This document shows positions 18,462-28,290 of a stretch of 64,000 bases of DNA, piece after piece (the stretch's first letter is position 1; every line of letters starts with the position of its first letter). A program made the position numbers and the translations under genes. Under the pieces are notes generated by a model. That model searched no databases and had not been told where the DNA came from. It worked only from the letters and a program-made list of their open reading frames with translations. The DNA is from a bacterium (lineage in GTDB: Bacteria; UBA8248): assembly GCA_965207065.1 (NCBI GenBank), contig OZ242260.1, positions 640,001 to 704,000 on the forward strand. Reading direction: 5' to 3'.

Positions 18462-20384
18462 ATGCAGGATAGAGCCGAGGGAATAGGGTCTCAACACAGG
18501 AGCCTCTCCGGGCCTCTGGCGAAGATCATATTCGCCTTCGGGGCGCTGAGCACCGCCTATCACCTCTACGTTCTCATGGTCCAGCCGATCCAGCCCTGGA
18601 TATTGCGATCTTTTCACCTGACGGCAGCCGGAATCCTCGTTTTCGCGCTCATCCCCTGGAGAGCCGACAAGAAAAACGAAGGCCCCAACCTCCTCGATTA
18701 TTCCCTCGCCTTTCTCCTCGTCACGACGACCATCTTCCTCATCGTCGACTTCGACGAGATGCTCTACCGGGTCGGCGTCGACCCCAACCTATACGACGTC
18801 GTTTTCGCCACCATCACGTTCCTCGTCATCCTGGAGATGGGACGCCGCCTGCAGGGATACGTGCTACCGATCCTCGCCCTCGTATGCCTGGCCTATGCGC
18901 TATGGGGCGACTATCTCCCCGGTCTTTGGGGGCACAGGGGCTATCCATTCCCGCGCACCATCACGTATCTCTTCAGTCTGGAGGGAATTTTCGGACCTCC
19001 GCTGGCAGCCTCCTCCACCTTCATCATCCTCTTCATCCTCTTCGGCTCCGCTCTTCAGAGTTCGGGCGCGGGGCGGCTGTTCATCGACACGTCTTTGGCC
19101 ATCGCAGGCGGGGCGAGGGGCGGGCCGGCCAAGGTGGCGGTCTTCGCCAGCAGCCTTTTCGGCACCATGTCCGGCAGTTCGGTGACGAACGTGGTGACGA
19201 CCGGCACCTTCACCATCCCCCTGATGAAGAGCATCGGCTATCGACCCGCCTTCGCGGGCGCCGTCGAAACCGTCGCCTCCACCGGCGGGCAGCTCATGCC
19301 TCCCGTCATGGGAGTCACGGCGTTCGTGATGGCCGAGGTGACCGGCATCCCCTATCTCAAAATCGCCGCGGCGGGCCTCATACCGGCCATACTGTTCTAC
19401 GTGGCGGTCTATTTCATGATCGGCATCGAGGCGAAAAACCTCGGCTTAAGCGGTCTGCCCAGGAGTGAACTCCCCCGATTGTGGGACGTCTTAAAACAGA
19501 ACGGACACCTGCTTCTGCCCATATTCGTCCTCATCTACTTCCTGGTATACGTGCGGGTTTCGCCGATGAAATCCGCCTTTTACGCCATCGGCGCGGCGGT
19601 AATCGCCAGCTGGTTCCGGCAGGAAACGCGCATGGGAGCCAAAAGGGTGACCGAGGCGCTCTACCGGACAATGGAAGGCGCCATCCACGTCGCGACACCC
19701 AGCGCCCTGGCGGGCGTGGTCGTGGGCGTTTTGTCTCTCACGGGGCTGGGGCTCAAAGTCACGGATCTGCTGCTTTCCTACGTGGGCGAGAGCAAAATGC
19801 TGGGACTCCTCGCCGTCATGCTGGTTTCCATCGTCCTGGGGATGGGCGTACCTACGGTCGCCGCCTACCTCGTCGCCGCCGCCGCGGCAGGCCCCGCTCT
19901 CGTGAAACTGGGGTTTCCGCTCTTGAGCGCGCACATGTTCATTTTCTACTACGCTGTCCTGGCCACCATGACCCCGCCCGTCGCGGCTTCGGCGTTCGCC
20001 GCGGGCGCGCTCGCAGGCGCCCACCCCATGCAGGTCGGCTTCATGGCAGTGCGGCTCGGAATCGCCGCCTACATCGTCCCGTTCCTGTTCGTCTACGGGG
20101 ACTCTCTCCTGATGCAAGGTTCCTGGGGAGGGATCGGGATGGCGGTTGGAACGGCGCTTTTCGGCGTCTACGCCCTGGCGAGGTGCGTCATCGATCAGGG
20201 AATTTCCCTGTGGCGCAGGGCGGTTCTGGGAGTGGCGGCCCTGCTGCTGATCCTCACCGGCGGCCTGACGGACTTAATCGGCCTCGTCGTGCTTGGCCTG
20301 GGGCTGGGGGGCGACCTTCTCGCCTGGCTCCGGAGAATTCGTGAGAATAAGCAAAAAGAGGATGTGACCGAAGAAAGCTCATAA
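18462..20384 (+). CDS. TRAP transporter fused 4TM/12TM permease (TAXI type)
   Basis: HRGY, GGPAKVAV, NVVTTGTFTIP, ASTGGQLMPPVMG, GMGVPT, TPPVA. Confidence 0.92.
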   Translation: MQDRAEGIGSQHRSLSGPLAKIIFAFGALSTAYHLYVLMVQPIQPWILRSFHLTAAGILVFALIPWRADKKNEGPNLLDYSLAFLLVTTTIFLIVDFDEMLYRVGVDPNLYDVVFATITFLVILEMGRRLQGYVLPILALVCLAYALWGDYLPGLWGHRGYPFPRTITYLFSLEGIFGPPLAASSTFIILFILFGSALQSSGAGRLFIDTSLAIAGGARGGPAKVAVFASSLFGTMSGSSVTNVVTTGTFTIPLMKSIGYRPAFAGAVETVASTGGQLMPPVMGVTAFVMAEVTGIPYLKIAAAGLIPAILFYVAVYFMIGIEAKNLGLSGLPRSELPRLWDVLKQNGHLLLPIFVLIYFLVYVRVSPMKSAFYAIGAAVIASWFRQETRMGAKRVTEALYRTMEGAIHVATPSALAGVVVGVLSLTGLGLKVTDLLLSYVGESKMLGLLAVMLVSIVLGMGVPTVAAYLVAAAAAGPALVKLGFPLLSAHMFIFYYAVLATMTPPVAASAFAAGALAGAHPMQVGFMAVRLGIAAYIVPFLFVYGDSLLMQGSWGGIGMAVGTALFGVYALARCVIDQGISLWRRAVLGVAALLLILTGGLTDLIGLVVLGLGLGGDLLAWLRRIRENKQKEDVTEESS

Positions 20385-20441
20385 ACATGGCCTTTTACGT
20401 GAACATTGCAAGCTTCAAATCTCACTCAAAGGAGAAAGACC

Positions 20442-21449
20442 ATGAATTTCCCCGGAAAACAGATTAAACCCATGGTTTTTGCGATTATCGCCGCTTTCGC
20501 CCTCGGGGTCTGGCTGTCCGCTCCCGCCGAGGGGGCGAGAAAAGACTGGCCCAAACGCATCACCATCGGCGGCGGGCCGCTTCAGGGAACCATCCAGTTC
20601 CAGGCGCTGGGCTGGTCCAGCGTGCTGAACAAGGTTCTCAAGCTCAACTCCTCGGTGGAGTCCACCGCGGGCGCGACGGTGAACGCCAGGCTCATCAGCC
20701 AGGGCAGGCAGGACTTCGGCTTCGGCACGAGTTCGAGCATCTCCGACGCCGCCTTTTTCGGCAGAGGGTTCGCCAAGGGCAAACGCTACAAGAACCTCCG
20801 CATCATGTCGCCGGTGGACAGCTCCGGCGTGCAGTTCTGGACCCCGGCGAAAAGCCCCATTATGAAAGCCGAGGACATCCAAGGCAGACGCCTCAATATC
20901 AGCCGTCCGGGCAGCGGCGTGGATCGCTTCGGGCGCAACCTCATGAAGGTGGTCGGCCTCAAGCCCAGTCAGGTCACGAACGTGGGCCACGGCCAGGCGA
21001 ACCGCATGATGCAGGACGGCATACTGGACGTCGCCGCCACGATTGGCGCGCCGCCCCATCCCGCCGTCGCCTCCATTACCTCCCAGCTTCCTTTCCGCGT
21101 GTTCGGACTCGGACACGGGAAGTGGGCGGAGATGATGCTGGCGAAATACCCGTTCTACGTGAAGACCGCCATCGTAGGCGGCATGTACAAGGGGAATCCG
21201 AAGCCCGTCAAGACCATCGGACAAACGAACTGGTTGGGGTCGGGCGCGCACGTGCCGAACGACCTCGTGTATGAAGTGGTAAAGGCGACTTTCGCGAACA
21301 AGAAGGATCTGGTGCTCGCCCACAGGTCATGGGAATCCCTGGACATCAACAAGATGACGAAGGCGAACATACCCGTGCACCCGGGCGCGATTCGCTATTA
21401 CAAGGAGAAGGGCATCAAACTTCCCAAATCGGCCATGATGGCGAAATAA
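20442..21449 (+). CDS. TAXI family TRAP solute-binding protein
   Basis: Signal peptide, STAGATVN, PGSG, DLVYEVVKA, PVHPGAIRYYKEKG; ATG 20442 follows AGGAG. Confidence 0.9.
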   Translation: MNFPGKQIKPMVFAIIAAFALGVWLSAPAEGARKDWPKRITIGGGPLQGTIQFQALGWSSVLNKVLKLNSSVESTAGATVNARLISQGRQDFGFGTSSSISDAAFFGRGFAKGKRYKNLRIMSPVDSSGVQFWTPAKSPIMKAEDIQGRRLNISRPGSGVDRFGRNLMKVVGLKPSQVTNVGHGQANRMMQDGILDVAATIGAPPHPAVASITSQLPFRVFGLGHGKWAEMMLAKYPFYVKTAIVGGMYKGNPKPVKTIGQTNWLGSGAHVPNDLVYEVVKATFANKKDLVLAHRSWESLDINKMTKANIPVHPGAIRYYKEKGIKLPKSAMMAK

Positions 21450-21467
21450 AGAGCCGCTTTGGGTCGG

Positions 21468-21606
21468 GGTTGTTGAAAAAGCCCTCGAAGGGGGCATCGC
21501 TTATACCGGGAAGGCCGCTTCCGCATGCCCCCTTCGTCGGAAGCAACCTTCATGGGGTTTCCCCTTCAAGGGGGTTGCCTTTACCCTGTCAGAGGGGTCA
21601 ACAACC
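21468..21606. mobile_element. short degenerate MITE related to 17793-18143
   Basis: Starts GGTTGTTGAAAAAGCCC, ends TCAACAACC, shares GGGGTTGCCTTT near the right end; internal hairpins. Confidence 0.5.
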
Positions 21607-21758
21607 CCCGGTGCGGAGAGATTTTTAGGGCAATCGAGAGGCGGCATCTCATCTTTGATGAAGGTGCGGGCCGCGTGAGTGAAAACCTGATTCGATGCCG
21701 ACACCAAATCGGGCATCCACAGTAACGGACGCAGGACTGCGTCGGAAAGGCATGGAAC

Positions 21759-23954
21759 GTGCGTCTCCCGGATTGGACGATACAGAGCTGGACGGATGAA
21801 TTGGGCTTCGCCGAGGTGGCGCCCGCCGCCGACGCGGTGGCCGGTGAACTCGGCACATGGCGAATCCGCTACAAGGTGGGTCGCTGGGGGATAGACGAGC
21901 GCGGCTCCATCAAGGTCGCCTTCCGGCAGGTCAGCAACTGGGGCACGCCGCAATTCGATGACCCCGAAGGGGAGAACTACACCACGGTCAGGCTCCATTC
22001 CGAGTCCGAAGCGGTGCTCGCGCCCAGATTCGAGAGGAGAGGATACATCCGCCACTGGCGCCAGGCTTTGACGGTCGACGTTCTGGACGGGTGTCTCTGG
22101 GAGGGCGACAGCATCGATATCACGCTGGGGGATACAAGCGGGGGCGGGCCGGGCCTGCGCGCGCAGACCTTCAGCGAGAGTAATTTCGAGTTCAAGATGT
22201 TCATCGATCCCTTCGGCGCGGGAAACTTTCAGCCCCTGCCCGCTTCGCCGACGCTCCGCATCAAGGGAGGAGAAGCGCGCCGCCTGGTCGCGATCATGAC
22301 TTCAGAGGCCGCCGTCGGCGAAAAGGGATGGCTGCTCGTGAAGGCGGAAGATCGGCACGGCAACATCGCGGAAGGCTGCTCGGAGGAGATTTCTCTCGAA
22401 GCCGAGGGCACGAACCTGGGCCTTCCCGAGGGTCTGCGCTTTGGTGGAGACGGAATCGCGCTGCTGCGGACGGAAGAAATTTCTTTCGAGAGCGAGGGCG
22501 TGGCCCGCGTGCGCGTGAGGGACGGGGCGGGACGCGAGGCGCTCAGCAACCCTGTCGTGGTGCGCGAGCGGATAGAGGGCCCTCGTCTCCACTGGGGGGA
22601 TTTCCACGGGGGCCAGACCGCGGGCACGGTGGGCGTCAACAGTTTTGAGGAATTCTACCGCTTCGCGCGGGACGCGGGCGCGCTCGAGTTCACCACCCAC
22701 CAGGGAAACTGTTTCGAGGTGACGAACGAGGACATGGTTGAGTTGAAAGAGCTGACCCGCGCTTTCCACGAGCCGGGCCGCTTCGTGCCGTTCCTCGGTT
22801 ATGAATGGTCAGGCACGACGCCGATGGGCGGGGATCACGCCATATTCTTCTTCGATGAGGACAACGCTATCCACCGCTGCTCCCATTGGCTGCAAACCGA
22901 CCTCTCAGACGTCGATACCGATCGCGATCACATCACAAAGCTCCATGCGCAACTGCGCGGCGGGGGCGCGATGAGCCTCCCCCACGTGGGCGGGCGTCCG
23001 GCCAACCTGGAATTTCACGACCCCGAACTCGAACCCGTCATCGAGATCCACTCCAAGCACGGCATGTTCGAGTGGATGCTGGAAGAATCCATCGAGCGGA
23101 ACATGAAGGTGGGCTTCGTCGGCGGGAGCGACGATCACTACGGGCAGCCCGGCGCCTGCTACCCGAGTGAGGACGTGAACCATTTCGCCGCCCGCAACGG
23201 CCTGACGGCGCTTTACGCCGGTGATCTGACGCGGGAATCCATCTGGGCCGACATCAAGGCGCGCCGCTGCTACGCCACGAGCGGCGAGCGGATTTACCTG
23301 CGCTTCACCGTGAACGACCGCTGGATGGGCGAGGAGATCGATACGGCCGGAGCGCCCCGTATCTCGGTCGAAGCCGTGGGGACGGCCCCCATCGAGCGAA
23401 TCGAGTTGTATCGCGGCATGACGCGCATCCATACCGAGAAAATCGCACGGGACCAGGAGAGCAACCGGCTGCGCGTCCTGTTCTCGGGAGCGCGCGTGCG
23501 CGGACGGGGGCGCTCGACCTTGTGGGACGGGCGCCTGGACTTGAGGGAGGCGCGAATCCTCGAAGTCGAGCCCGTCGCCTTTGTAGATAACCGCGACCGC
23601 TTTCTCGAAAGCACGGAATCCGGGGTCTCGTGGAGCCTCTATACCGCGGGAGATTCCAGGGGGTTCAACCTCGAACTGGACGGCGAGGCGGGCGATATGA
23701 AGATCAGCACGGAACACGCGGCGCTTCAGGGGAGAATCCGGGATTTGCTCGAAGAAGCAGCCATGGTGGACGCCGGGAGGCTCGGCCAGCGGATGGAAGT
23801 CGGGAGAAGCCCGGCGACGGACGGCCCCTGGGAGGCCCGCTTCGAGCATACGGATCACGATGCTTCACCCGGCCTCAACACGTATTGGGTACGGGTGATT
23901 CAGGTCGATCAGGAAAAAGCCTGGAGCAGCCCCGTCTGGGTGAACCTTGCGTAA
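21759..23954 (+). CDS. DUF3604 / PHP-like metallohydrolase
   Basis: SNP..WGDFHG, FLGYEWS, PHVGG, EIHSKHG, GFVGGSDDH, RRCYATSG, AWSSPVW. Confidence 0.8.
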   Translation: MRLPDWTIQSWTDELGFAEVAPAADAVAGELGTWRIRYKVGRWGIDERGSIKVAFRQVSNWGTPQFDDPEGENYTTVRLHSESEAVLAPRFERRGYIRHWRQALTVDVLDGCLWEGDSIDITLGDTSGGGPGLRAQTFSESNFEFKMFIDPFGAGNFQPLPASPTLRIKGGEARRLVAIMTSEAAVGEKGWLLVKAEDRHGNIAEGCSEEISLEAEGTNLGLPEGLRFGGDGIALLRTEEISFESEGVARVRVRDGAGREALSNPVVVRERIEGPRLHWGDFHGGQTAGTVGVNSFEEFYRFARDAGALEFTTHQGNCFEVTNEDMVELKELTRAFHEPGRFVPFLGYEWSGTTPMGGDHAIFFFDEDNAIHRCSHWLQTDLSDVDTDRDHITKLHAQLRGGGAMSLPHVGGRPANLEFHDPELEPVIEIHSKHGMFEWMLEESIERNMKVGFVGGSDDHYGQPGACYPSEDVNHFAARNGLTALYAGDLTRESIWADIKARRCYATSGERIYLRFTVNDRWMGEEIDTAGAPRISVEAVGTAPIERIELYRGMTRIHTEKIARDQESNRLRVLFSGARVRGRGRSTLWDGRLDLREARILEVEPVAFVDNRDRFLESTESGVSWSLYTAGDSRGFNLELDGEAGDMKISTEHAALQGRIRDLLEEAAMVDAGRLGQRMEVGRSPATDGPWEARFEHTDHDASPGLNTYWVRVIQVDQEKAWSSPVWVNLA

Positions 23955-24043
23955 TCAGATGAGGCTCGCTTAAAGATATCGTCGACCCGAGAGGACCTGA
24001 TATCGGGCGGTTCATAACGCAGGAATCCGGTGAGGAGAACAAC

Positions 24044-24922
24044 ATGTGCACCATAGGCGCCGTTGCGACATCCGACGCAGAAGGAAACCCCGTCGCCTTC
24101 GCGCTCAAGAATTCGGACTACATGCAGGTCGGCCACTGGCACGGCTGCATATCCGGGGGAGCGGGCAATGACTTCATGGGCTTCAACACGGCCTCGCGGC
24201 CCGGCGTGAACTCCGGTATGAACGAAAAGGGTCTGGCCGTCATCCGCTCTTTTCTGGACTACCGGGGGCCTTTCGATGAAAAAGACGAACCCGTAAAAGA
24301 ACAAAAGGACTTCCCGCTCGACGTCGACCGCCGCAGCGCCATCGCCGCAGGTCTCCTGGAAATCTACGAGACCGTCGATGAGACGCTCCCCTACCTGCAC
24401 GACGTCATCCCCAAGCACACGGGCAAGGGCACCGGGCAGCGGGGCGGAAATTTCCTTCTCGCCGACGCGACGGGCAAGGTGGCCGTGCTCGAGCACTGCG
24501 AGGACAGAATCGAATCCCGCGTCTACCCGGCCGGCTGCGCGGCGCGCGGGAACAACGGCCGCCTTATTCTCCTGGAGGAACAAGCCCGCTTGCCCGGACA
24601 CGTTCGCGAGGACAGGGAGACACGCTGTGAATACATGCAGGACACCATGCAGCAGCTTCGCGAATCCATCCCACAGGGGATGAGCAAGGACGAGGCGCTC
24701 GATAGCCTTAAAAGAACGCTCGCCTGGAAGGGACCCGAAGGGGACGGGGGCGTGGGCTCGATCTGCGCGCTTAATCTGCGAGCGCCGGGAGCGCGGACGA
24801 ACAGCGCGCAGCCATGCTCGACCCGCACCGCCGTCATCTTCGACCTGATCGAAAAAAAGATGCACTTCACGCGGGGAAATCCCGACCAATTCCCCTGGGA
24901 GACGATGTGCTTTCCTGCATGA
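24044..24922 (+). CDS. Ntn-hydrolase (C45/choloylglycine hydrolase-like, N-terminal Cys)
   Basis: MCT start, KNSD, GMNEKGL, NFLLADA, GNP near C-terminus. Confidence 0.75.
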   Translation: MCTIGAVATSDAEGNPVAFALKNSDYMQVGHWHGCISGGAGNDFMGFNTASRPGVNSGMNEKGLAVIRSFLDYRGPFDEKDEPVKEQKDFPLDVDRRSAIAAGLLEIYETVDETLPYLHDVIPKHTGKGTGQRGGNFLLADATGKVAVLEHCEDRIESRVYPAGCAARGNNGRLILLEEQARLPGHVREDRETRCEYMQDTMQQLRESIPQGMSKDEALDSLKRTLAWKGPEGDGGVGSICALNLRAPGARTNSAQPCSTRTAVIFDLIEKKMHFTRGNPDQFPWETMCFPA

Positions 24923-25004
24923 AGGACGTTGAAATTCACCCGTTCAAACCATACCCCGGAAAAAGCGGCCAAAGCGCCGGGGCCGTCTTGAGAGGAAGCT
25001 TTTC

Positions 25005-26018
25005 ATGACCGAGAACACAGAACGCCCCGTATTCGTCGTCAGTTCACCCCGTTCAGGCTCTACGCTTCTGAGGTTGATCCTGGACGCCCACCCGCGCCTG
25101 GCGGTGCCCCCGCCCGCATGGCTGACGCATTTCATCTATCCCTATCTGTTCAGCTACGGTGATTTATCGAACGAGGCCAATCTCGCCGAACTGATCGAAG
25201 ACTCCCTCGCCACTCCGACGATCCGCGCATGGCCCATCTCGCCTACGCAAGAGGAAGTGCGCGATGAGATGAAAGAGCCGACTTTTGCGGAGATGTACGC
25301 CGCCCTTCACAGGCTGTATGCGAAATCCGAGGGTAAAGAACGCTGGGGAGAGAAAACGCCCCGCGTCTGCTTCTACATGGAAGACCTGAAATCCATGTAC
25401 CCGGGCGCGCAGTTCGTCCACATCATCAGGGACGGCCGGGACGTCGCCATCGACATCGCGGATTCCGCCCTGTGGCCGAACAACCTTTACGCGACCGCAG
25501 GCGTTTGGCGCGACTTCGTCCGGACCGTGAACGACTCGGCGAAAAAGCTGGGGCCTGAATCCTTTTGCGTCGTCAGTTATGAGGAGCTCTGCGCCGATCC
25601 GGAACCCGTTCTGATGAAGCTTTGTGAATTCCTGGGCGAGGATTTCTCGCCCGCCATGCTCGCCCACCAGGAAACCGACTCGACGAAGCAATGGGCAGAA
25701 ACCCCGATACACGCCAAAACGGCCCGCCCCATCACGACGGATTTCGTCGAGATGTACAAGCATCGCCTGCCCGAGGCGGACGTGGGGGTTATCGAGAGCC
25801 TGATCGGCGAGACATTGGGCGAATTCGGCTACGCGCTCACGGGAGCGCCGGACGACCTTTCCACCTGCGAGAAGCGCCAACTGATCGAGAACGACACCAT
25901 CACCAACATCGCGTCCATCGAGTACAAGCGCTGGCATGACGGAAGAAGGAAAGAGCGGCTCGATCGGGGTGTTTGGAAGCAGGAAGACCGGGATTCCCTC
26001 CTTTGGGGTTTCCATTAA
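25005..26018 (+). CDS. sulfotransferase family protein 2 (paralog of 12580-13593)
   Basis: SSPRSGSTL, WGEKTP, HIIRDGRD; colinear with protein 1 over its full length. Confidence 0.9.
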   Translation: MTENTERPVFVVSSPRSGSTLLRLILDAHPRLAVPPPAWLTHFIYPYLFSYGDLSNEANLAELIEDSLATPTIRAWPISPTQEEVRDEMKEPTFAEMYAALHRLYAKSEGKERWGEKTPRVCFYMEDLKSMYPGAQFVHIIRDGRDVAIDIADSALWPNNLYATAGVWRDFVRTVNDSAKKLGPESFCVVSYEELCADPEPVLMKLCEFLGEDFSPAMLAHQETDSTKQWAETPIHAKTARPITTDFVEMYKHRLPEADVGVIESLIGETLGEFGYALTGAPDDLSTCEKRQLIENDTITNIASIEYKRWHDGRRKERLDRGVWKQEDRDSLLWGFH

Positions 26019-26032
26019 AGGGAGCATCCGGC

Positions 26033-27196
26033 TTGTCCCCACAAAACGACCAGCAGGCGCATCCCTCACTCTTGGTCCCTGAGGAGGAAAGAGCGGCTTT
26101 AGAACGCGAGGCCGCCGATCTGCCCCACCTCTCTCTCAACGCCCGCCAGCTATGCGATCTCGAACTGCTGCTGAACGGCGGGTTCGCTCCCTTAAGTGGA
26201 TATCTATGCCGGAAAGACTACGACTGCGTTCTGGAATCCATGCGTCTTGAAAACGGGGCGTTGTGGCCCATCCCCATCGCCCTCGACGTTTCCGAGAAAG
26301 TGGCGAACGACATCGAAAAGAGTCCCCGGATCGCCCTGCGGGACCCACAAGGAACGCCGCTCGCCATATTGGACGCCGGAGACGTCTGGCGGGCCGATTT
26401 TGATCGAGAAGCGCAAGGCGTATTCGGCACCCTCGACCAGGCGCATCCAGGGGTTCGATATCTTTCCCGGGAAACAGGCCCCTTCTACTTTGGCGGCCGT
26501 CTGCGCGGCATCCGCCTGCCCCGGCACGCCGATTTCCCGGAATATCGCTGCACACCGGGAGAACTGCGCGCACAATTCCGTGCGATGGGATGGAAGCGGG
26601 TCGTCGCCTTCCAGACGCGCAACCCGCTGCACAGGGCGCACGTGGAGCTGACGACGCGGGCCGCTTCCGAGAACGGGGCGAAAATACTCCTGCATCCGGT
26701 AGCGGGAATGACGAAGCCGGGAGACGTCGATCATATCTGCCGGGTGCGCTGCTACGAACACGTTCTCGAGCATTATGCGCCTGATTCCGTCACCCTGGCG
26801 CTTCTGCCCCTGGCGATGCGGATGGCAGGCCCGAGAGAGGCTCTATGGCACGCGCTCATCCGGAAAAACTACGGCTGCACCCACTTCATCGTGGGCAGGG
26901 ATCATGCCGGCCCCGGCGTCGACGGCAGAGGCGAGCCGTTCTATGACCCGTACGCCGCCCAGGATCTGCTGAAAGCCCACCAGGCCGAATGCGGTATCGA
27001 AATGGTCCCGTTCCAGGAGATGGTCTATTCCCTCGATGAAGAAGGCTACCTGCCGATTGATGAGATTCCGGAGAACGGCCGCATCCTGCAGATATCCGGC
27101 ACGCGGTTGCGCGAGATGATGGCGAGTGGGGAGGAAATCCCCGAGTGGTTCACCTACCCGGAAGTCGCCGAGGAACTCAGGCGTTATTCTTCTTAA
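26033..27196 (+). CDS. sat: sulfate adenylyltransferase (ATP sulfurylase), no APS kinase domain
   Basis: DLELLLNGGFAPL, AFQTRNPLHRAH, MRMAGPREA, IVGRDHAG, ISGT, WFTYPEV; TTG 26033 follows GGAG. Confidence 0.92.
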   Translation: MSPQNDQQAHPSLLVPEEERAALEREAADLPHLSLNARQLCDLELLLNGGFAPLSGYLCRKDYDCVLESMRLENGALWPIPIALDVSEKVANDIEKSPRIALRDPQGTPLAILDAGDVWRADFDREAQGVFGTLDQAHPGVRYLSRETGPFYFGGRLRGIRLPRHADFPEYRCTPGELRAQFRAMGWKRVVAFQTRNPLHRAHVELTTRAASENGAKILLHPVAGMTKPGDVDHICRVRCYEHVLEHYAPDSVTLALLPLAMRMAGPREALWHALIRKNYGCTHFIVGRDHAGPGVDGRGEPFYDPYAAQDLLKAHQAECGIEMVPFQEMVYSLDEEGYLPIDEIPENGRILQISGTRLREMMASGEEIPEWFTYPEVAEELRRYSS

Positions 27197-27344
27197 AAAA
27201 AAATCTGACCCGCTTCTCTTGTCGATGAGACCCATCCGGTTTACGAAATAGCGAAGATAATTTCCTGTCCATAAAGCGGCTGGAAACTCGAGATATTTTC
27301 CAGGCAATTTGCAATAATTTTATCCAGCGAAAGCCCGCAAAGAT

Positions 27345-28139
27345 TCAGACGATCGAATGGAATTTGCCGCCGTCGACGTTGATCGTCGCTCCCGTGATGT
27401 AGCTCGCGTGAACCGACGCCAGAAACACCGCCAGCCCCGCCACTTCTTCGGGAGTGCCGAATCGTCCGAGGGGAATTTGCGATTCACGCGCCCGCCGCAT
27501 TTCGTCTGTCGACATCCCGCGTTCTTGGGCGAGTTGCTCCGTCATCCAGTCCTGCATGGGCGTATCGATCTGCCCCAGACAGATCGTGTTCACCAGGATA
27601 CCGTCTTTGACCAGGGACTGGGAGAGACCCTTGCTCAGTCCCAGGAGTGCTGCGTTCGTCGTGCTTCCTCCCAGAACGCCGGGCAGTGGTTCCTTGCCGG
27701 TTCCTCCGATCATGTTGATGATCCGTCCCCCGCCTTGCTTTTTCATGAAATGCGCCGCCTCGCGCGAAATCACGAGATAACCGACGATCTTCGTGTCCAC
27801 GGTCTTCCGGATCTGCGCCGGAGTCAGCGAGGAGAGCGTACTCGGCGCCGCGCGGCCGGCGTTGTTCACGAGGATATCCAGTCGCCCGAAAGTCTCGACC
27901 ACGCGAGACGCAAGCCCGGACGCTTGCTCTTCCACGCCGATGTCCGCACGCAGCGAGAGACCCGCGCCGCCTTGTTCCTCCACCGCCTTATGTGCGGCGT
28001 CCAGGCGGGCTTGATCCCGGCCGCAGAAGGCGACCCTGGCGCCCTGGTCCGCCAGGGCCAAAACAGTCGCCTTTCCGATCCCGCTCGTCCCTCCGGTGAC
28101 GAGAGCAACCTTTCCCTCGAGATCCATGTCCATTGCCAA
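27345..28139 (-). CDS. SDR family oxidoreductase (atypical active site)
   Basis: TGGTSGIG, DILVNNAG, PLGRFGTPEE, VDGG; lacks YxxxK. Confidence 0.85.
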   Translation of the reverse strand: MAMDMDLEGKVALVTGGTSGIGKATVLALADQGARVAFCGRDQARLDAAHKAVEEQGGAGLSLRADIGVEEQASGLASRVVETFGRLDILVNNAGRAAPSTLSSLTPAQIRKTVDTKIVGYLVISREAAHFMKKQGGGRIINMIGGTGKEPLPGVLGGSTTNAALLGLSKGLSQSLVKDGILVNTICLGQIDTPMQDWMTEQLAQERGMSTDEMRRARESQIPLGRFGTPEEVAGLAVFLASVHASYITGATINVDGGKFHSIV

Positions 28140-28290
28140 TCCTCATCGCTGGTGAATGAACTATCGCTTTTCCCGATGTAAGATGCAGGGCGATTCTCTA
28201 TGAAAGCGCCCGGGTCGACATGCGGCGTCGGCCCCCTGGGGTGCGCTCCCAAGGGCGGGAGTCGATGCGGCGAAGAGCGCACAAAGCCCT

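Noticed and set aside
27197-27344. Remnant of a cysC domain after sat
   Set aside because: No P-loop (GLSGxGKST-like) coding trace noticed; the region is AT-rich intergenic sequence.
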